DNA of 64,000 bases from Eledone cirrhosa (taxonomy: Eukaryota): assembly GCA_964016885.1 (NCBI GenBank), contig OZ024742.1, positions 333,622,001 through 333,686,000 on the forward strand, in the 5' to 3' direction. The position numbers and the translations under genes were made by a program. Position 1 is the first letter of the stretch. Each line of letters starts with the position of its first letter. Below the pieces are notes generated by a model. The model worked only from the letters and a program-made list of their open reading frames with translations. It did not search any database and was not told the DNA's origin. Below are positions 13,151-26,143 of the stretch, piece after piece.

Positions 13151-15839
13151 ATCTACCTAGATTTTCTTTAGCCTTCCTCTAAAACATCTATTTCCCCTGG
13201 GATTTCTTATCTCTTCTTCACCCACCTATCTCTATACATGCACATTCTTTTTTATGAACAATGTGTCCGTGTGTATGATGAACTGGAGAAAATCTTGGTA
13301 GACGTGGAGAGAACAAATATAATGAATAGGCGATGGATAATGTATATGTAGCGCATTGAGAGAAACTGTGCTAGAGACGTGTCCTTGCACAGAAATGCAA
13401 ACGTAAAAATTATACTCTGTCACGTATTTAAGCAGTTGTGGAATTATTACTTTTCGGTTAGATTGACAAGAAAAGTAAAAATGAGAACAAACTCAATACA
13501 AAATTATTTATTGTGTTCAGAAGAAAACATTTCTTTCTTATTCTCTTTTTTTTTTTCGACCTTCCATCAAATTATTAGACCTCTCTTTATTCGTGTCTGT
13601 CTATTTATTATCATTGCAGATGTATTCGTGTTTCTACATTTGCCAACGAACGAACAAAATCACAACTCAAATGAATTATCAGGGTCAATGAAATAAATTA
13701 GATTATTCAGGGAGAAACTCCTTGATTTGATATCAAATAGCAAAGGTTAACGGAGGGTAAAGTTATAGAGCGTCTTGTCTTGGCTGAGAGGACTTTTCAT
13801 ATCTTCAATGTGAAAGTAGGCACAGCTTTAACGCATAGAAGCCTTCCATTGAGAGGTGAATGTGATTGCTACTGGGTTGAGAATGGTGTGGTGGAAGGTG
13901 AGACTGACAGGTTTGATGTGTTATACAGGGGAAAGACGGCGATAGTGAGGATTGCTTTAAATCGAGAAAATTTACAACAAATTGATCGTGATTAATCGAG
14001 CAAACAACATAAAATCTTCCGCATGAGTGATTTCAAATCGATGATCTGAAGGCATTAGACGTGAATTTCTCCTTTACTTCGTCACAAAGGCAAACACTAT
14101 TAATCTCTCTTTCAATGTCTATATATCTAACTATTTAACAACCTCTACGGATGTTTATCCATCCATGAGACTAACAATCAACTGGTCTCTCGCTACATAT
14201 CTAAATATCTATCTCTATATCTATCTATCTAAATATATATATATATATATATCAGTATAATACGTATTTTTTGTTTCGCTTTGTGTTATGTGTATATAAA
14301 CATGTAGAAAATCTCGAATGTAGCTGCGAATATAGATTAGAAAAAAATAGGGAAAATTGCACCTAGAGACGCAAAAGGTTGTCAGCAGCTGCCACACAGA
14401 TTCGAACTATTTACCTGCCAACGTATGAAGAGAGGAGCACCAATATTACATATTGTCTTCTAGTGGTGGATGCGAAAGTTTATGTGTGACTGTTCATTGT
14501 AACCACGTTGATTGAGTTACATTTGTGTGAGCACCCCACCCACCCCCCCAAATATATATATATATCTGTGTGTGTGTGTGCGTGCAAAAATTAAACAGGA
14601 ATAACAAAGCAACCGACACAGTTCAATGAAGAAATATATTATTTTAACGCTTAACATAGTAGAAAAGGATATATATCTGTGTTTCTGTGTGCGAGTGTGT
14701 TTTTGTGTGTCTGTGCGCAATTATTTGAGGCTATTGTGTGTGTGTGGGGGGGGGGGGGGGGGTATGTGTGTATAGCGTTCCCTCATGTAGACCGAGCCAG
14801 TAATCGTTTTCGTAATATGCCAGTTAAGCAGGTTAAATTATTTAGCATTCTCCCTCCTAAATATTTCTGTAGCTATAAAGTACTTTGAAACATTTGACCT
14901 CCACTGCCAAAGGTTGGGATCGAACTCAGTATACATACAGGTGCTCAATCATATATATACGCTCACATATGGATTGCTACATAGACATATTTATAGCCTT
15001 GTAGTTTTCACTATATGGCCAATGGCCTGGTTTTCTTAATGTACTTACGCATCATTTCACACAAAATGTTTCCACGAATACATATGACCACCTCCCAGCA
15101 CAAACAGACACACAGCACTCCCACTGCTTGACCACATCCTGTTGCGCGCGCACCCCACATCTCTCCTCTTCCGACCATCTCTTCATGGAATACTCGTATG
15201 TGGAACTTGACCACCACAGAATCCGCAAAACATCATAGGAATTTACCAGCTTTTCAACCATCCTCTTACGAAATCACCTATATAACTCACCCACACACTA
15301 CCCAAACATTTTTTTTTCTCCCACACGCCACCTACACCCACAACACGCTTAAACCCCACACACACGTGCTTTCCACCACATATTTACACCCTCAGCCTCC
15401 TGATTCCTCTCCCCCACCCCTCTATCCACACACGCACAGACACTCCGACCCCCCCCCCCTACACACACACACACCTCTTCCTGAACATGCAACCCCGTTC
15501 TTCCCCCAACCCTTACTTTCACATATACACACACACACACACACACCTACACCTACACACACACAACACCTTCAGCCCTCCCCGCTCGGACACCCCGTCT
15601 CCCTCTCCCCACTCCACCCGCCACCACCCCTACACACCCCACATCCTTCCACCACCTGTTTTACCCCTTTTTAATTTCAGTTTATTTTGATCATGCTTTT
15701 ATATTTAATTTTATTTCATTCCTTGTATTTTGATCATGCTTTATTTTTATTTTTAATTTCATTCGCACCGTTTCCTTTCGCTATATGTCTCTCCACCACT
15801 CCCCTACACACCCTTTGAACTCTGTTCCCACACACTTCT

Positions 15840-15873
15840 CACCTGAGGAAGGGCTTATGCCCGAAACGTCGTT
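15840..15873 (+). ncRNA. Minimal PLE-type hammerhead motif
   Basis: cac CTGAGGA a gggc ttat gccc GAAAC GTC gtt; stem I weak; AATAAA about 40 nt downstream; PLE-like C/A-rich 3' UTR upstream (about 15040-15840). Confidence 0.6.
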
Positions 15874-16096
15874 CCCCACCACCACCCCACTCTCCAGAGC
15901 GTGAAATTAATAAACATTCGTTGTACTGCCTCTCTGTTTTGTTCCTGTTCAAATTTTTCCATTATGTATATATATATATACTTTCAAATATTTTACAATA
16001 ACACTACACGCATTCACACACAAATACAGTGTCATATGGATATAACATTTATATATAAATATACATATATATATATATACATATACATATATACAT

Positions 16097-16203
<107 letters not shown>

Positions 16204-16204
16204 C

Positions 16205-16260
<56 letters not shown>

Positions 16261-16265
<5 letters not shown>

Positions 16266-16438
16266 TAAAGTTAGACCTTCATCAGTGATCTTCCAACCTT
16301 CATTGGTATTTCATCGCTTTAAAGACCATATACCTCCGGTTGGTGCGAGCAACGGCTAAAGAAAGTCGTTGGGACACGTAAATAAGGGGAACGAGCGAGA
16401 CTGTAAACAAACAAAGATGGTAATGCAACGAAAATATA

Positions 16439-16492
<54 letters not shown>

Positions 16493-16662
16493 TATGAATA
16501 AAGTTAGTCCTTCATCAGTGATCTTCCAACCATCATTGTTATTTCATCGCTTTAAAGACCATATACCTCCGGTTGGTGCGAGCAACGGCTAAAAAAAGTC
16601 GTTGGGACACGTAAGTAAAGGGGACACGAGTGTAAACAAACAAAGATGGTGAAGCAACGAAA
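16261..16662. repeat. Two direct copies (about 170 bp) of a TA-associated repeat
   Basis: 16261-16434 and 16494-16662 are near-identical and separated by (TA)n. Confidence 0.85.
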
Positions 16663-16777
16663 AGTGAGGAAGAAGGAGTCAAGTCCCAAATTTCTATGAA
16701 TTTAAATTTGGTGAAATCGTGAAAGAGAGAGAATAAAGACCATCAAAGCTGGTTGGAATGTGAGCAAGGAAGGAATC

Positions 16778-16866
<89 letters not shown>

Positions 16867-19273
16867 TCGGTAAGCATTAATAATACATACTACAGTAATA
16901 GGTATGAGAAAAGATTTCACGAACCGTACTGCTGATTGATTGATCCGAAAATGTCTCGAGATTTTTTTACCACAGCCTCCTACAATCTGTACACAATTCT
17001 CCCTAATTAAAGATTATATTTAGATTAAAACGTAGGTTTCTTGATGTAGTGGTAGAGAATTCTCTTTTGGTCAACATGCTAATATTTCATGAGTTAATCT
17101 TCTCTACAGGCTCCTTGATGTTGCTTTTGTATAATTGTATTTTCCTCTTGTTTACATAGTAACATGTCACTAGCATTCCGGCATCATTAAATACAACGGC
17201 GAAATATAACTTATATTACAACATAAAATCTGAACATCCCGAAAAGCAATGTATTAATCTGTTTCGGTATAAAATGTATCAGACACCCACTCTAATAATT
17301 TGAAGACGCGTCTATAGATTTTGATTCGTGTCATTCGAGGTTTGATTGAATAAATTAAGTTTCTTCTAAGTGTTATGGGACGATTTTTGTGATACGTTCT
17401 GAATTTTAGAAGGGGATTTCTGTGGATGCTTGTTATGCATGTGGCGTTTGCTCTAACAATGACATCTCTGAGTATATTTGAGACTTGCGAAAACGACATT
17501 TAGTAGCGATACACTTTAAGAAATTATAGATGCTAGTGGCTAAAGATGGGCCAATGAATTATTGTTATTGAATATCTTTTGTCGACCGAATTTTCTTTTT
17601 ATTTGAAGGTGAAATGACAGAAGCATTGAAATATCGGTTTATTCTTTGTAGCCCCACGAGTCATTAGTTCGAATTAGACGATGGAATGACGTGTCAGTCT
17701 AGGATAGAGAATTAGCGGAATCATTAAAATGTCAGTATTCTTTCCAGCATTTTACCTTTTAGGTTAATTTCAGCCTCGGCCTATTTAGGTGGTGCCGAGT
17801 CTATTCTTTAGCAAAATGGTTTCGCACGATTTAATTGATATTAAAACGTACGAAACCATATATGGTGGTTTGAGATCTGATGAGGGTGGAGATGCGAGTG
17901 TGTAAACTTGTCTTGTACGCCGGCATTCTTTATGTCCTTCTTCCAGTCATTTATGTGCACCAGCGCTACTTCTCCTCCTCTTTCAATGATTTCTAAATTT
18001 CATCTGCATATCACCTACCTTATGGGATGTCTCTCTGGTGACCACTGGCTGCTGGTCTCTGTACTGAGGCATTTTTGCCCATCGCCGTCCCTGACAGCAT
18101 TTGGCTGAGATATCGGCTGTAATAGCGATGAATTTTCTTATATATATATATAAATATATATATATATATGTGTGTGTATATATATATATATATATATGTG
18201 TGTATGTGTGTGTGTGTGTGTGTGTGTGGAAGAAAGAAAAAAGAAAGAAAGAGAGAGAGAACAACGAAACGAAACAGTATGATAAAACAAGCAAAGAAAT
18301 TGTATGTGGTCCAACTTGATATTTAGTGTGAACATGTCCAAAATCGCTAGAAATATCCTAGTCATGATAAAATAAGAAACATTTCAATACCAAAAATGAA
18401 GTGCCAAAACCTGTCCAATAAAAACATTTTAGAAATATCGTGTATAAAAATATTGGTAACAATAGAACTAAATTCATAGAACTAATTACAGACATCTAAT
18501 TAGATAGAACTAATTTTGGAAAACTAATTACATAGAACTAATTTTAGAGAAGGTTCAGACATGTTACAAATACACCAGGTAGTATTTGTTCTCTAGTACA
18601 CTCGTTAAAGAAAGATGAATTGAAACTACACCGATTAGCTGAAGGAAGCGACGCAATACAACTTGATTCACCCGTTTGAGGTTTCTCTTCTTCTCTCACT
18701 TACTCAATGAGACTGTATCTTCCTATGTCAGTGATCGTACAGGCATTATTATGTGTTGCGCCGACTCGATTTCGTAACATTTTGATGGCTCCTCTTGGCA
18801 CGCTATTGGTCCTCCACATTGTGATTAAAAGATATTCTGAAGAGACATAGACTGATTGAATATACATGTGTGTTTTTCTCTCAATTTGTTTCCGTTCCTT
18901 CATCTTCTGGGTGGTAGATGATGGGGTTGCCATCTTGGCAGCGAGCCGACATACCTTGTGTCACCGTTGGTCTGGAAAAGCCCCGGGAGACCAGCCGCCT
19001 AAGGTGGCCCTACCTAATCTGAGATTAAACAACACTAACTACAACTGTAGATGATCAAATATTCATTTTTTCTAAGGTCAACGCTTCTTTGTAACCTAAA
19101 TTCATGATGTTAGCGTGAACCCCTCTGGAAAACATGTTCTAAAGCAACCATATTAAACTTAAGAGATTTAAGAGCATTTAATCATTTTTGCACACCATGT
19201 TTCGAATGAAATACAATATATGTGTTTCCAATTAATAAAATAAGTATTAAATTGTAATTTGGACCATATAATG

Positions 19274-19490
19274 GTTTCTTATATAGGCACAATGCCAGTA
19301 ATTTGGGGGGAGAGGAAAGTCGATTTAATCGACCCCAGTGCGTGACTGGTACTTTATTTTATCGACCCCATAAGGATGAAAGGCAAAGTTAACCTCGGTG
19401 GGATTTGAGCTCAGATCATAAAGAGCCGTAACTCTATGCTGCAAAGAATGGCATCCGACCCTCTATAGATACTGCCAATCCACCGCCCTC
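19274..19490 (-). mobile_element. SINE with 18-bp target-site duplication
   Basis: aatttggaccatataatg at 19256-19273 and 19491-19508; body is the reverse complement of the 45157 family. Confidence 0.85.
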
Positions 19491-21299
19491 AATTTGGACC
19501 ATATAATGAAGATATAAAACATTAATACGGAAAATGTACTTGAAATATGAACGCGTTATATTAGATATTTTGTATGATCATCCCGAAGGCGGCTTCTGAT
19601 GGGGGTGGTATCAATGTGAACATCTAAGTGATTTTTAAAATTGTATCCTTCAAATTTGAGACATGTTACATAACGTTGATGAACAGTAGTTGAGAGAATG
19701 TATTTATATATGTCGGAAGTGATCATGCTGAATGATTTCCTATATCGGGATAGATTCCTTTCAACAAAGACAATTTAACGTTTTGTTGGGTCTGAACAAT
19801 TATGTGTGCCTGATAGCAGAAAATGGAAATGATGAAAAATGCACTTCCTCTCGTAAATTGAACGGGGAAGGTTGGAAACCATTTTGTAAATAAGTGACAT
19901 GTAGGAATATAGTGGAGACTGAGAAAAATAGTGAAAAATATAAAGGTTTTTTCAGCAGTAATGCTACGTTGAAAAATAGTAGATTGCAAGATAGTATAAT
20001 AATTAATGGTGGAACTATTTTTAGAACAATCGTGAGAGTAGTAAATCAGTGAGATACACAAATACATAATTTTTTTTTCAATGAACAACAAGTCATCCTA
20101 ATACCAGAATCAAGCACAATCCTATCTATTCCAGTTTTCTACACTATCAATTACATCTACTACAGTGTAAGGGTTGACCTCCCTTCCAAGCACTCGATAC
20201 TGATACAAAGTCCGCCACCTGTTTGATTATATTCTAGAGATAAGTGGTTATAGTGTGCAGAATTTAAAAAAAAGTAATTAGAATTGTAGTCACTGTTGCA
20301 ACACATATATACATGTTATTGGCATCGTTTAAATATCGGTCAGCTTCTGGCACAAACATAATGACCAGGGCCCGTCTTTACCTCGACATCTAATATGTCA
20401 GTTTATATGTCAGTTTATATGTGGAAAATCATTTGCGTCTTTGTATTATAATGTCACATATCTGATGAAGTCAAGGAAGAGTCGGGCTCCGCTCATTATT
20501 ATTGTACCCTGAACGGATTCTATTATGTCAACAAAGTTTATATATATATGTGCTGTAATAGTTACTTTTCCTATTTAGTTTCATATGTATACATACATAT
20601 ATATGAGTGTGATTCCTTGGAATGTTTACATTATAGATATTGTTTTACTGTGCTCACTAAACAGCAATGTTGAATGGAACATCTATGGTGTGTTATGATG
20701 AGAATCTCTTCCTACCTAGAATCTTAACATCATCTCTATTGTTCATAGAGTTCAGAGGACTGTACTAAAATAAACTACGCTATGTAAGTAGTCGTCTGAT
20801 ATTCATTTTAAATCCGGTATTTGGTATGTTTGAAATAACTAATCCATTGTTTTGTCAGATTACAACATTCCAATGTCATTTCATAATCTATGCGCTTACG
20901 TCGCATAACTCTTATGCAACCTTATTCAGATTCGGCATTTCCAGAGTGCATTAGATACATTTCTAAACTCATCTTGAGAATGATTATATATTATGTAAAC
21001 GTATGTATGCATAAAGGTAATTACAGATATGTATGATGTATGCTGCACACCCAGCGATTACGATGGTGAATATAGTAGTTCGAAAATAATGGTACAGACT
21101 GCTCATGAAAACAAATTGCATGTGGCTGGGTATGTCAAATTTCTTGGTACAAAAAGTAAATCTCTAGAAGATTCGATGTAACAGAATATGTGACAAACGT
21201 GGAACCGTTAAATTACAGACCCATATAAAAACATATATCTGCGTCCATGCTGCTCATGCATAAGTATCAACCGATAACATTACTCAAAATCGAGTTGCA

Positions 21300-21354
<55 letters not shown>

Positions 21355-21365
21355 GTTTACCCTAA

Positions 21366-21472
<107 letters not shown>

Positions 21473-21494
21473 GTTTACCCTAAGTATATATATA

Positions 21495-21606
21495 CAGGGT
21501 GTCCCAAAAATTGTATACATACTTTGCTGGCCTGTAAAGGCAATATTTAATAAATACTTTTGAAGTATGTATTACTTTTTGTTATTTTTGGAGAAGGGAC
21601 ACCATG
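21495..21606. mobile_element. Tc1/mariner-type MITE (112 bp)
   Basis: TIRs cagggtgtccc / gggacaccatg with TA flanks; internal similarity to 3548-3647. Confidence 0.7.
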
Positions 21607-21610
21607 TATA

Positions 21611-22496
21611 CGAGATGTGTCAGAAAAGTTCCAGGTCTGATGTCACAAAAGATTTATTTCAAACCCAAACTTAACACTAAGAATTTTCTCCTTCAAAGTA
21701 ATCCCCCTAGAGTCTAATGCACTTTTCCATCCTTTTCTGCCACGCTTGCCTGGACTCCTGGACGGATTCTTCCGGGATACACCGCAGTTCCGTCGTCACG
21801 GTGGTTTTGATGTCGTTCACGTCTTCAAAACGGGTCCCCTCCAGGTCGTACTCGAAGATCCATGACGCATCACCGGTGATGAGTGTCCCTAGCAAGTCTG
21901 GTTCGGTTTCAAGACGCTGGAGGATGTCCCGGCACACTTGCATGCGCCGACCCTACTGGTCATCGTTCAGCAGTTTTGGCACCATCTTCGCGCAGACTTT
22001 CGGCATGTCCAAATCTTCAGTGACAATCTTCCAGACGCTGTCCAGATTCATACCCAGCTCATTTGCCATCAGTCGAACACTCAGCCGACGATCACTACGC
22101 ACCATCTGCCTGACGCGCTCAACGTTGACCTCAGTCCTGGTTGTTGAGGGCCTTCCACTCACGGGGTCATCTTGCACCACTCCAAACCACGTGAGCGTGA
22201 CATCCTCTCATCTCCATACACTTGCTGCAGCAATTCCAGTGCTTCTGACGGACTTTTCCCCAACCGTACCAGAAACTTCAAGTTTGTTCGTTGCTCTGTG
22301 CTCATTGCTTGACGACCTGAAACAGAGGACATGTATATAAAATTATGAAGAATAAAGTTTGATCGCTGCAGAGAGCTAAGATTACAGTTACATACTCCAG
22401 GGGGATTACTATGAAGGAGAAAACCCTTAGTGTGAAGTTGGGGTTTGAAATAAATCTTTTGTGACATCAGTCCTGGAAGTTTTCTCTCACACCTCG
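21611..22496 (-). mobile_element. Internally deleted mariner transposon with about 103-bp TIRs
   Basis: TA flanks; 21611-21713 inverted to 22394-22496; transposase remnant on the minus strand. Confidence 0.92.
21677..22305 (-). pseudogene. Mariner transposase pseudogene
   Basis: MSTEQRTNLKFLVRLGKSPSE..SGRPST..AKMVPKLL..ITGDASWIFEYDLE joined directly to GTRFEDV..RMEKCI; frameshift, stops, and loss of most of the catalytic core. Confidence 0.9.
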
Positions 22497-22959
22497 TATA
22501 TACGCACAAAATGTGTACTTGGATAAAAAGTATAACACATTATTCATTAGTGATACATTACAGTAATATTAAATATGAGAATGGGGGAGGGATCTTCATT
22601 TACCTGCTTTTTCGAATATTGTGGACAATACGTAGAAAATTAAATATATATAACTAAATTAATCATAAAAAATAATTATTTCTTATCAACGTATCATAGC
22701 GTTTGCCAGCCAAACTAATATATAAATTGAAAAAGCGCTGTCGTTGTATGAATTAGAATATTGTAAAATTAAAAAACTTTTATGTAATTGCTTTTACATT
22801 TACAAAATAATGTTGATGTAAAATTTAAAACTTTATAAGAAAACGTGTTTCTAGTTATTTTAATTGAAAGGCTTCTGTGAAAGGTTAATTAAAATATAAT
22901 GTTTACATTTAATATCCTTCCTCCGTAAGCGGTGTATGTTCTAAGTAATATTGATATTG

Positions 22960-23270
22960 ACATGGAAGTAGCATTGTTAAGAATTTTGCTTTGCAATTAT
23001 CAGGTCTCGAGTTCAATTCCACTGCATGTATCATTTACGTTGGTCTTGGGTAAATTCATGTCTTGTTAGTGAATTTGTATGGAGGGTAAACTGTTTAGAA
23101 CCCCGTCAGATGAACTGTAGATTTAGCTTAACAAACTAGCCTTGTCGCAGACTTTCAGGCTCAGTGTTCCTGCGAATTACATAGGGGTACACTTATCTGT
23201 GCAATGCTCAGTCACACGTTAATTTCATGAGCAAACTGTTCACTTGACAGAACTGAAACACTCGTCATTT
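22960..23270 (+). mobile_element. Old tRNA-derived SINE
   Basis: B-box-like gagttcaattcc at about 23009 followed by a degenerate SINE body. Confidence 0.45.
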
Positions 23271-23619
23271 GGTTTTGAAATATATGATATACATTGTAAA
23301 TAGAATACTTTTATGTAAATAGTTTACGTCTATTATGTTTGTTTTTTTACAATGAAAAACGGAACGAATATGTCAAAGAATGTATTTTACATGAAAGTGA
23401 AAGTATTATTAATTTAATATAGCTTTTTATACGAACTTTATGCATATATGCTTTGTAATTAATTTACGTGTGTCGCGTAACTATCAAATGACTGAGCTCT
23501 ATATAAGTAGAAAAGTTATAAACTTACATAACTATATAACGTAACATCATAATGGCTACTCTATTTTTAATAATTAAGTAATGGGTGTGAAAGCGAGACA
23601 GTGTGTGAGTGCATGTAAC

Positions 23620-24200
23620 ATGTTCCTGTGCACGATATTTTTGTGGTGGAAGAAGGTGTTCATAATACAGAGTCCATTGCTCGAACATAAGTCTATTAAG
23701 CCGTTTCTATTCATATTTAGATCGGGATCGCCGTTCCATGTAATCACATCTTTCAAAGTCAGTTTGTCATTGCCAACAAGGGGATTAACATCTCCCATCA
23801 AGATATATGACTTAGTCTTAAACAGATCTAACGTTGCAGTGATAAAATCATGGAAGGATCTGTGTTACGACTCTTTGTTTGGTGCATAAATTGTCACCAG
23901 TCACAGAGACCTACATTTCAGTCTAAGCTTCAAGAGGCAAAACATCCCTCTTAATGATATACAATCTATAAAGCATTTTGACAGCCAGTAGTTTGTATGT
24001 ATCCCCACTCCCACCTGTGCAGTCCTTTCTGGGGCCACAACTGACACGGCCACCGGATATGATGGTTAGGTGCGTTATAAGCAGTTACCTGCCGGACGAT
24101 TAAGCAACCCTGGACCAACACCGGTAAAACTTTATAGGAGATGGAGCAATAAGTGGCAACTCTAGTTCCCACCAACACTCTTATAACCCAGTGATGTAGC
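23620..24200 (-). pseudogene. RTE-clade LINE 5' remnant (APE endonuclease)
   Basis: IYAPN..LMGDVNPLVGND..NRNGLIDLCSSNGLCIMNTFFHHK matches the RTE APE pattern GDFN..VG / NTFFxHK. Confidence 0.75.
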
Positions 24201-24752
24201 TATGACGAAGCCTCTAAAAAAGTCGAGTGTTCGCTGTTTTGAGAAACTTCCAGATTGGTGACTGGCACAAATATGACCACCAAAACTGCAAAATAGTGTG
24301 ATGTTAGAAACCCAACCATACCACATACCACAGCTTAACAAGGGACGCATTCGGGCTTTAGGTAGAGGAGCCTGTTCAAAAAATATATTGCTGTCTCCAT
24401 TTCATACCGAAAAACTGGGCATGCGTAGGAAAGACACAAACAAATTGCGTATCATGTAGCCCCATATCGGAATCCGAAGGGAGCAAACTGTGCCAATCTG
24501 ATAAACTATCAAAGTAACTCAATTGGGCAGATTAATCCTGCCTCGAACTATGGTTAAGTGTGCGCTTGTCTCGAGACTGTTCATCCACTTACACTTTAAT
24601 TTCATTGAAATCATCGTTGAAATCAGTCTAATAATATCTGATGCAGAACCATTAGATGATCTGCCACTCAGTCTACAAAATCCTGAGCCAGAATAATCCT
24701 CTTAAAATCTGCTCATTTGTCTGAAGGATATATACATTTATTTTGTAATGTT

Positions 24753-24796
<44 letters not shown>

Positions 24797-25886
24797 TCGT
24801 TAATGTTCAATCAACACCAAAGTTCTACTTTCTGGACAATAGAATTGAATCCAACCACCGATAACATAGTTGGATGACCGATAATCACACCAAACCGGAG
24901 TACTGTGATCCTTGTGATTTCGAGATATACAACCACTGATAGTGTAACGAAGACCAGAAAACCATACTCCATAATATTGAACCAAGTGATTGATTTGTGC
25001 GACCAAAACAACACCATACACAAATTGGGTCGGCAATGAACTAGGAATATTGGATCCTCCGTCAATGCCTGGGTGAGCAAAAATAGATTTCTATCTGCAT
25101 TGAAATTTACGAACTTGTGCATCTGCTGTGGTGTCAAACACAAACGCACACGACCGCACAGATGAGCAATGGAATATGCCACGTGGGTCGAACTTGCAAG
25201 TGAATTGAAGGATGTGTAACTCTGATATACAGATTATTTATTATTAAGATGTATAAACTTGACATAACAATTATCATCTTATATTCTCTCAACTAATCAC
25301 ATTTGATTATATTTCTCTATCCCGTTTTCTCCCCCCATATTTATAATATTTTTAGTTGACAAAATCGTTTTTTTTACATTGTGTTTTTCCCTTCTAATCC
25401 TTGCTTATATTCTTTTTATATATTCTCTATATATTTTTTTTTATATATTCTCTATATATTTTTAAATCTTTATTCTTATTTTCACTCTTATCCTCCTTTA
25501 TATTTTACCTTATACTTACTTTTATACCTTATTATAGTGTAATCTTCCCAATGCCTTATTATACATTATAAATTATAGATTATTATTATTACTCTTATTC
25601 CATTTCTAATTACCTCATTTACTTTCTCCTCCGTTATATATATATATTGTATGCCCTTTGTGTGTGTGTAGCCTCTGCACACCCTCTTCACCCTACTATC
25701 GACGCCACCCCATCTATGGCTCCACTAACCACTCGACTTCCGGGAATTACTACAGCTAGTAAAAAAGCCCTCCCCCCGCACCAAAATTAGACTCATCATC
25801 CCCTGCTTTTGCTCTTTACTCTCTTTACTCTTTGTTCTTGAATGTTTGGTTGGTAGAGTCCATAACACCAATCAAACCCCTTTTAT

Positions 25887-25933
25887 AAATCTGAAGAATC
25901 CTACGGTTACTTAAGGAAGAAACATTGTAAGCC
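25887..25933 (+). ncRNA. Hammerhead motif, 5' pLTR copy (stem I mutated)
   Basis: CTGAAGA atcct...aggaa GAAA cattg TA agcc. Confidence 0.55.
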
Positions 25934-26143
25934 AATAAAAATATTTTGATGTTGTAGACGCTCTTGTGTTCTTTATCATATATACGGCTCTTCACCAAAG
26001 CATAGAGCTAATTATTATGCTGCCAATACCTTAATGGGACACGGGTATACAATACCTAACTCCTATTAACCTAAGTATTTCTACGGCTCCCCCCGGTTGA
26101 GCTAACTCCTTATAACCTGTCCACCTTGTGTGTATGATTATAA

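Noticed and set aside
20340-20515. Imperfect inverted repeat containing CTGATGA
   Set aside because: No GAAA partner; looks like an old MITE-like repeat too decayed to define.
21717-22340. 207-aa ORF on +
   Set aside because: Antisense shadow of the mariner transposase.
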